Shown one piece after another: positions 22,913-29,960 of a DNA stretch of 32,000 bases (the stretch's first letter is position 1; every line of letters starts with the position of its first letter). The DNA comes from Acaryochloris thomasi RCC1774 (GTDB taxonomy: Bacteria > Cyanobacteriota > Cyanobacteriia > Thermosynechococcales > Thermosynechococcaceae), in the NCBI RefSeq assembly GCF_003231495.1, contig NZ_PQWO01000023.1, positions 1 through 32,000 on the forward strand. Reading direction: 5' to 3'. The notes under the pieces are model-generated. The model did no database searches and had not been told where the DNA came from. It saw only the letters and a program-made list of their open reading frames with translations. The position numbers were made by a program, and so were the translations under genes.

Positions 22913-24242
22913 GATAAAGCTCTTTCGCCAGACGCGCTGGCGCTTGGCAAGCTGGTATGCCGGAGTGATGGGGATTATTCTTGTCCTGAGCGGTTTTGGG
23001 GTCTACGAAGCCATTGACCATGCTCACCGCACAGCGGCAGACCGAGAATTGCAGGCGTTCGCAGGCCGACTGCACGACAATCTAGAACCCACGCTACAGC
23101 AGCAAGGAGAAATCCCAGCTAGCGCTCAGCGCTTCCTCCCTGATGCCTGCATTCGTACCAGTCAATGTTTAGACGCTACTGCCAGTCACTCACCCGGAGA
23201 CATGTTCCAGGGCAACTATTTTATTCGGCTTCTGAGTCCCACAGGAGACCTTATTGTGCTGGCCGGACTGAAGCCACAGGGGTTAGCGATCACCTCACCC
23301 ACTGCTGAGTGGCAGTATCTGACAGATGAGCGCAGCATTCGCTACCGCCAAATTACAGTTCCTTTGCAGAATCTTGACACACCGCTTTGGGGGTACCTAC
23401 AGGTGGGCAGCTCTCTTGAGGATTCTGATCGATACCTCACATCGGTGAGATTTGCGCTCTTTGCTGGCTTTCCTCTAGCGCTAGCTTTTGTTGGAATCGC
23501 AGGCTGGTGGCTAGCGGGACGAGCTATGCAGCCCATTCGTCAGTCCTACCAGCAGATGCAGCAGTTCACTGCCGATGCAGCCCACGAGTTGCGAACCCCT
23601 ATTGCTGCAGCCCAGGCAACGGTGGAATCGGTGCTAGATACGCCACATTTATCGGAGACCGATGCCCGCGAAACCTTACAGGTTCTAGATCGACAGCATC
23701 AGCGACTGTCTCAACTGATTCAGGATTTGCTGTTGCTAACGCGCTTAGACCGTCAAGTGCAGACCCAGCAGAATGATTCATGCTGCCTTCAAGATGTGGT
23801 GAATGACATCGCGGAAGAGTTGGCAGCTCTAGCTTTGAACAACAAGGTCAAGCTTCTGACCGACATTCAGGTCGAGCAGCCACTGTGGGTCAACGGGGAT
23901 GAGGCGCAGCTCTACCGACTCGTGTTTAATTTAGTCATTAATGCACTGCAGCATACGCCTGAAGGCGGGGCAGTTACGCTTTTGCTGAATGAGCCAGACC
24001 AGCAGGCGGTAATCCAGGTGCAGGATACGGGGGTGGGAATTGCACCTGAATACCAAGCGAAGATCTTTGACCGCTTTTATCGGGTGAATAGCGATCGCAA
24101 CCGACAAACAGGTGGCTCGGGGTTGGGGTTAGCCATTGCTGATGCGATTGCTCAAGCTCATAAAGGCAAGATTCAGGTCCAAAGCCAACTGGGCCAAGGG
24201 AGTATCTTTAGGATTTATCTTCCGTCTGCAGAAACTCCCTAG
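22905..24242 (+). CDS. Sensor histidine kinase (CopS-like), paralog 2.
   Basis: The architecture matches 15140-16486, with H-box AAHELRTPI and G-box GGSGLGLAI. An ATGAATGA overlap joins it to the regulator gene. Confidence 0.95.
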   Translation: MNEIKLFRQTRWRLASWYAGVMGIILVLSGFGVYEAIDHAHRTAADRELQAFAGRLHDNLEPTLQQQGEIPASAQRFLPDACIRTSQCLDATASHSPGDMFQGNYFIRLLSPTGDLIVLAGLKPQGLAITSPTAEWQYLTDERSIRYRQITVPLQNLDTPLWGYLQVGSSLEDSDRYLTSVRFALFAGFPLALAFVGIAGWWLAGRAMQPIRQSYQQMQQFTADAAHELRTPIAAAQATVESVLDTPHLSETDARETLQVLDRQHQRLSQLIQDLLLLTRLDRQVQTQQNDSCCLQDVVNDIAEELAALALNNKVKLLTDIQVEQPLWVNGDEAQLYRLVFNLVINALQHTPEGGAVTLLLNEPDQQAVIQVQDTGVGIAPEYQAKIFDRFYRVNSDRNRQTGGSGLGLAIADAIAQAHKGKIQVQSQLGQGSIFRIYLPSAETP

Positions 24243-24322
24243 AATTGGCATTAATACTTAAAGCTAAAGGTGGCGAATATCTCCAATTTGGATATTTGTT
24301 AAAAACTAAAACTGATTACTTT

Positions 24323-24343
24323 TCTCATTCTGATTTCATCTTT
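24323..24343 (+). promoter_or_regulatory. Class II direct-repeat box, copy b, upstream of small peptide gene 2.
   Basis: tctcattctgatttcatcttt. AGTAG follows 9 nt after the box, the same offset as in copy c. Confidence 0.5.
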
Positions 24344-24481
24344 GAAATCTAAAGTAGAGGTAGTTCATTATGCAGCATTAAAGTCATGAGATAAATTGAG
24401 GTTTTTATTGGTGCAGCCTTAATTGCTGTAGGGCACCTCGAAAAATAGATTTCCTTAAGGATCTTGCAGTCTGAAACCCTT

Positions 24482-24700
24482 ATGACATCATTGAAAATTC
24501 TCAATTGGCGAGATTTTATTCTCAGTAAGGTCAATTATTCGAGGTGCCCTGTATCTCTCTTCAGTATGGGGTTAATCAATCGTGTCTCTGCAAAAACACT
24601 GGTTGTTTGTGGTCCGAATGGGGCAGCAAGAGTTGTGGAGAAAGTTCCTGCTGGCTGCCATGTTCTCAAGACAAATACTCCGCCAGCTATGGCATCATAG
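24482..24700 (+). CDS. Small Cys/His peptide, copy 2. The start is uncertain (TTG 24464, ATG 24482 or ATG 24566) and the signal peptide looks degenerate.
   Basis: The mature region LVVCGPNGAARVVEKVPAGCHVLKTNTPP is about 75% identical to copy 1, with many synonymous codon changes. The N-terminal region is homologous only near the cleavage site (LFSMGLINRVSA|KT). Confidence 0.55.
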   Translation: MTSLKILNWRDFILSKVNYSRCPVSLFSMGLINRVSAKTLVVCGPNGAARVVEKVPAGCHVLKTNTPPAMAS

Positions 24701-24713
24701 ACCGCGATCTTAG

Positions 24714-24869
24714 GTAGTTCTGACAAATTCATATCAGTACTTGGGAGGCAAACTGTCTCCTAAATACCTTCCTCCATTCTCGGTGTGGCTCTTCCCCATG
24801 ACCGGGCGAGGCGCAGAAATGACAACAGATATTCCCTTGGGGATGGCTCGAATTTCTACCTATGAATAA
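24714..24869 (+). pseudogene. 3' remnant of a DUF2808-like gene (paralog of 13908-14378). The N-terminal two thirds or so are deleted.
   Basis: My own translation reads ...FSVWLFPMTGRGAEMTTDIPLGMARISTYE*. It aligns with the C-terminus of the intact copy, GRVWLMPVTVRGTESAKDLSVGMARIHTYNN*. There is no start codon or signal peptide, and the frame opens just after a TAG at 24711. Confidence 0.6.
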
Positions 24870-24880
24870 GAGCCTGGGTA

Positions 24881-24901
24881 TCTCATTCTGATTTCATATT
24901 T
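24881..24901 (+). promoter_or_regulatory. Class II direct-repeat box, copy c, 150 nt upstream of copA.
   Basis: tctcattctgatttcatattt. It lies downstream of the DUF2808 remnant and upstream of the multicopper oxidase gene. Confidence 0.55.
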
Positions 24902-25050
24902 ATGCTCCACAGTAGTGACTAGGGTATTTCCTCATACCTCACACCATAAATTGCTGTAGACATCAGAGAGATGTTGAAAAGCTTTCTGATGTTTACTCCT
25001 TCTTTCTCTATATTTGTTGTTCATCTAGCTACCATTCATCGCGCAACGTC

Positions 25051-26880
25051 ATGGGTTACACCACCGAAATAATTACTCGGCGCAACTTTATCCGGTTCTC
25101 AGCCGGAATGGGATTTGCACTGGGGTTTAACAGTCTTTCCCCAAGGCTACGGGCTGCAACAGCTCGTGAGGCAGAAGGAGGCCGTAATTATCCCGACGTA
25201 ATTAACCTTCAGGTACAGAAAACCAAGCTTGAGATTGGCGGTAAAGAGACTTCAGCCATCACCTCAAATGGCTCCATTCCTGGCCCCTTGGTGAGGCTTA
25301 GGGAAGGTCAAACCGCCACCATTCAAGTAACCAATCGGCTCAAGGAAGACACGTCAATTCACTGGCATGGCATTCTGCTACCACCTGAGATGGATGGCGT
25401 ACCCGGAGTTAGTTTTGCGGGTATCAAACCAGGAAAGACTTTTACCTATCGTTTCCCCGTCCAGCAAAGTGGAACCTATTGGTATCACAGTCACAGCGGT
25501 GTACAGGAGCAAATGGGGCATTTTGGACCCCTAATTGTAGACCCTTTAGAGCCAGAACCGTTCGAGTATCAGCGGGATTATGTGGTGATGCTCTCGGACT
25601 GGACCTTTGAGAATCCTCATAGTGTCCTGGCCAATCTAAAAAAGATGAGCGCCTACTACAATTACAACCGGCGCACGGTGGCAACGCTCGCCAAGGATTT
25701 ACCCTGGAAGCGGATGCGAATGGATCCTACAGATATTGCGGATGTGACGGGGGCGACCTACACCTATCTCATGAACGGCAAGGCCCCTGGATCGAACTGG
25801 ACAGGACTATTCCGTTCTGGGGAGAAAGTGCGCCTGCGGTTCATCAACGCTTCAGCCATGACTTTTTTTGATGTGCGGATTCCTGGCCTGAAGATGACCG
25901 TTGTGCAGGCCGATGGTCAGAATATTCAACCCGTCCCTGTTGACGAATTTCGCATCGCTGTGGCTGAAACTTACGACGTGATCGTTGAACCGCAAGACGA
26001 GCAAGCCTTTACCATTTTTGCCGAGACGATGGACCGTAGCGGATATGCTCGTGGTACCTTGGCCCCCCGTCAGGGAATGACGGCACCTATTCCTAAGCAA
26101 CGTCCCCGTGCCATGCGAACAATGGCCGATATGGGCATGATGCATGATATGTCGAGCATGGACTCAGGTGGCATGAATAATATGCCGGAGAAGGGGTCTA
26201 GTGGCATGAATAACATGCAGCACGACATGTCAGGCATGAATTCAAGCGATGTGAAAAATATGCAACACAACATGCCAGAGAAGGGATCTGGTGGCATGAG
26301 CAACATGCAGCACAACATGTCAGGCATGGGTCAAGGAACCCCTCACGGTCCAGATGGTCATGGCCCCGGTAATTCAGGTGTGCCGATGATGCTTCAAAGC
26401 CGCCTTGATGATCCTGGCATTGGCTTGGAGAATACGGGAACCCGTGTCCTGCTTTACAGCGACTTGCGAAGTCTCGCCCCCAGAGAGGACCAACGACAGC
26501 CGGAACGGGAGATAGAAATCCATCTCACCGGCAACATGGAGCGCTACATGTGGTCCTTTGATGGGAAAAAGTATTCGCAATCGAAAGAGCCAATTCCGTT
26601 CCGTAACGGGGAACGGCTGCGGCTCACCTTTATCAACGACACCATGATGGAGCACCCCATTCATCTGCATGGCATGTGGATGGAGCTGGTCAATGGGGCA
26701 AGGTCTCATCAGCCCCGAAAGCACACCCTCAATGTCAAACCTGCCGAGAAAGTGTCGGTGGATGTCACGGTAGATGCTCCCGGTAATTGGGCCTTCCACT
26801 GCCACTTGCTCTACCACATGGAAGTGGGAATGTTCCGCATCGTTTCTGTCACTAACCAAATTGCAGAGGTAAATTTATGA
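25051..26880 (+). CDS. copA: Copper resistance system multicopper oxidase (CopA/PcoA type).
   Basis: It has a Tat signal (RRNFIRFSAG), copper-site motifs (HWHG, WYHSH, HPIHLHG, HCHLLYHMEVGM) and a Met/His-rich insert at nt 26122-26337. Confidence 0.95.
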   Translation: MGYTTEIITRRNFIRFSAGMGFALGFNSLSPRLRAATAREAEGGRNYPDVINLQVQKTKLEIGGKETSAITSNGSIPGPLVRLREGQTATIQVTNRLKEDTSIHWHGILLPPEMDGVPGVSFAGIKPGKTFTYRFPVQQSGTYWYHSHSGVQEQMGHFGPLIVDPLEPEPFEYQRDYVVMLSDWTFENPHSVLANLKKMSAYYNYNRRTVATLAKDLPWKRMRMDPTDIADVTGATYTYLMNGKAPGSNWTGLFRSGEKVRLRFINASAMTFFDVRIPGLKMTVVQADGQNIQPVPVDEFRIAVAETYDVIVEPQDEQAFTIFAETMDRSGYARGTLAPRQGMTAPIPKQRPRAMRTMADMGMMHDMSSMDSGGMNNMPEKGSSGMNNMQHDMSGMNSSDVKNMQHNMPEKGSGGMSNMQHNMSGMGQGTPHGPDGHGPGNSGVPMMLQSRLDDPGIGLENTGTRVLLYSDLRSLAPREDQRQPEREIEIHLTGNMERYMWSFDGKKYSQSKEPIPFRNGERLRLTFINDTMMEHPIHLHGMWMELVNGARSHQPRKHTLNVKPAEKVSVDVTVDAPGNWAFHCHLLYHMEVGMFRIVSVTNQIAEVNL

Positions 26881-27242
26881 CCGTTCAAAAAGTAAGTTAT
26901 GCAACTACTGGATTGTTGTTGGTTACAGCTCTAGCCGTGTTTACCCCTCGGGTACAGGCAGAGGAACAGCGGCTCGACAATACCCAAACCAGTACTGAAG
27001 TACCTGCGGCCACGGGTTCAGAATCTCCAGCCCCAGAACAACCAAAAGGAAATGGGATGCAGCATAATATGCCCCACGACATGCCGGGTATGAAGTCTGG
27101 CAGCATGCAGCATGACATGCCGGGAATGGGTTCAGACAGCATGAACAATATGCAACACGATAAGGGAAATATGCAGCACGACATGCCGGGAACAGATTCG
27201 ACAACACCGCCTAGCCCCAGTGGGCAGAGTCCTGCGAATTAG
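26877..27242 (+). CDS. Secreted Met/His-rich protein, resembling a detached CopB/PcoB N-terminal Met-rich domain.
   Basis: An ATGA overlap joins it to the copA stop. A signal peptide (LLLVTALAVFTPRVQA|EE) is followed by repeated MQH(D/N)MPGM units. Confidence 0.75.
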   Translation: MTVQKVSYATTGLLLVTALAVFTPRVQAEEQRLDNTQTSTEVPAATGSESPAPEQPKGNGMQHNMPHDMPGMKSGSMQHDMPGMGSDSMNNMQHDKGNMQHDMPGTDSTTPPSPSGQSPAN

Positions 27243-27356
27243 ATTGGCTTTATACCCATAACTCGTACAGAACAATGTGCTTTTTGACAGCGAATGAAGC
27301 AGTCTTGCGGATTTGTGCTGTCTCTACTATTGGTAAATTTGTAGAGGTAATTGTGA

Positions 27357-28517
27357 GTGAGGATTCAACATCGTTATTGGGCGACCGCTCTTTCTGGAAC
27401 GTTGGTTTCGATGGTGCTTGGGGGTGGTCTTTCCCCGGCGCAGGCGGAGAAGACTAAAACGCAGCCAATTCATCAGGAGGTTGAAATCTTAGCAGCCCCC
27501 GATTCGCCACCAGCCGACCGTTTGGAAGACCCCAATGAGACAGAATCCTCTGCAGAGGAAAGCGATCAACTGGCACCCCTTGCACCCAACCCTCGCGCTA
27601 CCGTAGACGCCCTCAAACCGACAACGGCAGAAACCGCTAGTTCAGAAGCGTTGCTGCCCACCCACTCCAAAGGCTTTGAGGAGACAGAGGCAGGCAAAGT
27701 ACAGCCTCCCATAACTTTTCTTGAGACCAGCAGGCAGACTCCCCAGCCTTCTTTTACAAATGGTCCTCTAGCACAGTCTCTAACGGAGGAATCGCCTGAA
27801 ATGCCGCAGCTCTCACCTGCAGCTCCACAACCAACGGACAAGGAGGACTGGCCATCGCCCGTTAAAGATAATCAAACTTTCTTCTTTGTCTTGATTGATC
27901 AGTTGGAGATTCGCACCGTTGATGGCCCAACGACCCTGAATTGGGATGCAGTCGGATGGGTGGGTGGCGACTTCAGACGCTTCTGGTTCAAAACAGAGGG
28001 TGACGTGGGCCTCTCGGCAGACACTGGCGGAGAAGCAGAGGTGCAAGCTCTATACGGTCAACTGGTCGCACCCTTTTGGGATTTTCAGGCGGGCCTAAGG
28101 TATGACCGCTTATATGGTCCTGCTCCAGACCGAGGGCGAGCCTTTGCGGTGGTCGGCATCCAGGGATTAGCGCCCTATCTGTTTGAGGTGGATGCTTCCC
28201 TATTCATTAGTGAGGATGGTGATGTCTCAGCTAGACTCACAGGTGAATATGAGCTGTTGCTGACCCAGCGATTGATCTTGCAGCCCAAGGCTGAGATTAA
28301 CCTTGCCGCCCAGAGGGTCGAAAATTTTGGTGTTGGCTCGGGACTCAATGATATTGAGCTGGGACTGCGCCTCCGCTATGAAATTAGCCGCAAGTTTGCT
28401 CCTTATGTTGGCATCAACTGGCAGCGCAAATTCTTTGAAACCGCTGACCTAGTCAGAGAAGAAGGAGAGAGCGTCGGGGACTTTTCAGTTCTAGCGGGTG
28501 TGCGGCTTTTATTCTAG
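27357..28517 (+). CDS. copB: Copper resistance protein B (outer-membrane CopB/PcoB family).
   Basis: A GTG start is preceded by GAGGT. There is a signal peptide (..GGLSPAQA|EK), a Pro/Glu/Ser-rich linker of about 150 aa, and then the CopB family core (FFFVLIDQLEIR...WDAVGWVGGDFRRFWFKTEGD...) ending in F. Confidence 0.9.
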   Translation: MRIQHRYWATALSGTLVSMVLGGGLSPAQAEKTKTQPIHQEVEILAAPDSPPADRLEDPNETESSAEESDQLAPLAPNPRATVDALKPTTAETASSEALLPTHSKGFEETEAGKVQPPITFLETSRQTPQPSFTNGPLAQSLTEESPEMPQLSPAAPQPTDKEDWPSPVKDNQTFFFVLIDQLEIRTVDGPTTLNWDAVGWVGGDFRRFWFKTEGDVGLSADTGGEAEVQALYGQLVAPFWDFQAGLRYDRLYGPAPDRGRAFAVVGIQGLAPYLFEVDASLFISEDGDVSARLTGEYELLLTQRLILQPKAEINLAAQRVENFGVGSGLNDIELGLRLRYEISRKFAPYVGINWQRKFFETADLVREEGESVGDFSVLAGVRLLF

Positions 28518-28609
28518 AGCTGAGTGTTATTGGATAATGGGACTTTTATGGTGCGATCGCAAACTTACGTTGACACTCTCGAACCAAACTACGTCACGAG
28601 GGAATATGG

Positions 28610-28948
28610 ATGACGCTTCACGTCACAAATGCAGAGCCGAATACCGGATTATTTTCTTTGGCTCACAGTGGCGAAAGTCACGATCGTTCAAGCGAGAGCC
28701 AAAAAACTGAAGCTTCAATATCTCATGGATCAGAGACCGTGCCAGAGTCTCAACCTACCGCCCCTGCCAAGATTACCAAGCCGTCGCTCACTCCTGTAGA
28801 ACCTTCTACAGCGTCAGTGGTCAGTAATCAAACAACGCTGGCAAGTTCCGTGATGGGCTTTCCCTTTGGTTTGGGTGAACTCTCCTTGGGTTTGATTCTA
28901 ATCGGCCCAGTCTGTTTGTCTGCCATAAGACGTTGGCTGCAGTCATGA
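28610..28948 (+). CDS. Hypothetical low-complexity protein with a C-terminal TM anchor.
   Basis: The 112-aa ORF has an S/T/P/E-rich body and no N-terminal signal. The C-terminus has a hydrophobic helix followed by RRW. It is coupled by an ATGA overlap to the next ORF. Coding status is uncertain. Confidence 0.4.
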   Translation: MTLHVTNAEPNTGLFSLAHSGESHDRSSESQKTEASISHGSETVPESQPTAPAKITKPSLTPVEPSTASVVSNQTTLASSVMGFPFGLGELSLGLILIGPVCLSAIRRWLQS

Positions 28949-29229
28949 GTTCTTTACGCTTGAACCTACGCCGCCTCCACAAGGCGACTGCCCCTCTGAT
29001 GTGTGTTCCCCTTCTGCTAACGTTACTCACTGGCGTCGGATTTCAAATGGCGGCTGTCAGCGGCAAGGGAGATCAGTTTCTTTGGCTGTTGGACCTCCAT
29101 CGAGGAAGGTTTGGTCGGTTTGACTTGGAATTGGTCTATCCCTTTCTCAATGCCCTCGGCTTGTTGGTGCTGGTGATTACGGGGACGCTTATGTGGTTGC
29201 AGCAATATCAACTTCGGGTAAAACGGTAA
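28945..29229 (+). CDS. Small two-TM protein resembling PepSY-associated TM helices.
   Basis: The ATG at 28945 overlaps the upstream stop. The motifs LRRLHKATAPL...LLTLLTG and LHRGRFGRF...LVLVITGTLMW resemble the repeated (L)H(R/K)xxG...TG pattern of PepSY_TM proteins. Confidence 0.5.
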   Translation: MSSLRLNLRRLHKATAPLMCVPLLLTLLTGVGFQMAAVSGKGDQFLWLLDLHRGRFGRFDLELVYPFLNALGLLVLVITGTLMWLQQYQLRVKR

Positions 29230-29237
29230 CGTTCAAA

Positions 29238-29948
29238 TCATTCAACTCTAATGATATTTTTCATCCCAAACCAGTTGTAGCGCCGAATGCCCCAGGGCAG
29301 ACCCACCAACAGAACCAGAAAAATAGCCGCCAGTGCGAGGCTTTCAGGTAGCCCTATCGTAAATGCTGACCCCATGTAAGTTAGCAGAAGGGTTGAAGGA
29401 ATCATGCCCAATAAGGTAGCGGTAGCGTAGATAGGGAGTGAAAGTCCGGTGATACCTGCGCCATAGCTCATCAAATCAAACGATAAGACCGGAAGTAAAC
29501 GAGTCAGAAAGATCAACCAGCCAAGATATAGCTCTCCTCGCTCCTTTGAAAAGTAGATGAGTTTGCCGGTGAGGGCGTAAACGGCGGAGCGTCCCAAAGT
29601 AAGGCCAATATAGTAGGCCGCTAAACTGCCAATAAATCCACCGATGACGCTATAGATCCCCGCCACTAGAGACCCCCATATTGCGCCAGCGGCCACTGCA
29701 ATGGGGGCACCTGGAATCGGACTAATCACCACGGATAGGGCAACGATCCCAATGTAGACGAACGGCCCCAGCCAGCCTGCGTTGATGACCGTTTGCTTGA
29801 AAGTTTCAGGGCTAGATAGATCGGGCGGAGAATAAATCCACCAGCAGACAAGCAAGCACCCAATAAGCACCAGAAGTGAGATCGCATTGGGTCGGCTGAA
29901 TAGAACCCGCCATCGCCTAGATTGTCTGTGACTTCTCCGTTTAGTCAC
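29238..29948 (-). CDS. TVP38/TMEM64 (DedA superfamily) membrane protein.
   Basis: It is a polytopic membrane protein with the characteristic SPIPGAPIAVAAGAIWG and LTRLLPVLSFDLMSYGAG motifs. The GTG start lies 12 nt after the upstream oxidase stop, with GAGG upstream. Confidence 0.85.
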   Translation of the reverse strand: MTKRRSHRQSRRWRVLFSRPNAISLLVLIGCLLVCWWIYSPPDLSSPETFKQTVINAGWLGPFVYIGIVALSVVISPIPGAPIAVAAGAIWGSLVAGIYSVIGGFIGSLAAYYIGLTLGRSAVYALTGKLIYFSKERGELYLGWLIFLTRLLPVLSFDLMSYGAGITGLSLPIYATATLLGMIPSTLLLTYMGSAFTIGLPESLALAAIFLVLLVGLPWGIRRYNWFGMKNIIRVE

Positions 29949-29960
29949 TCAATACTGGCC

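Noticed and set aside
24421-24433. CTGTAGGGC, which matches one half-site of the MerR dyad. I considered it as a fourth MerR operator.
   Set aside because: There is no matching left half-site 4 nt upstream, and no TTGAC -35 element at the required distance.
26070-27207. Repetitive units in and after copA that could look like a repeat array, plus antisense Cys-rich ORFs (26070-26327, 26897-27184, 26941-27207).
   Set aside because: The repeats are in-frame Met/His-rich peptide units (MQHDMSGM and similar) of copA and the following ORF. They are not a CRISPR array, because they have no regular repeat-spacer structure. The antisense ORFs arise because CAT/GCA-rich repeats read as Cys-rich on the other strand.
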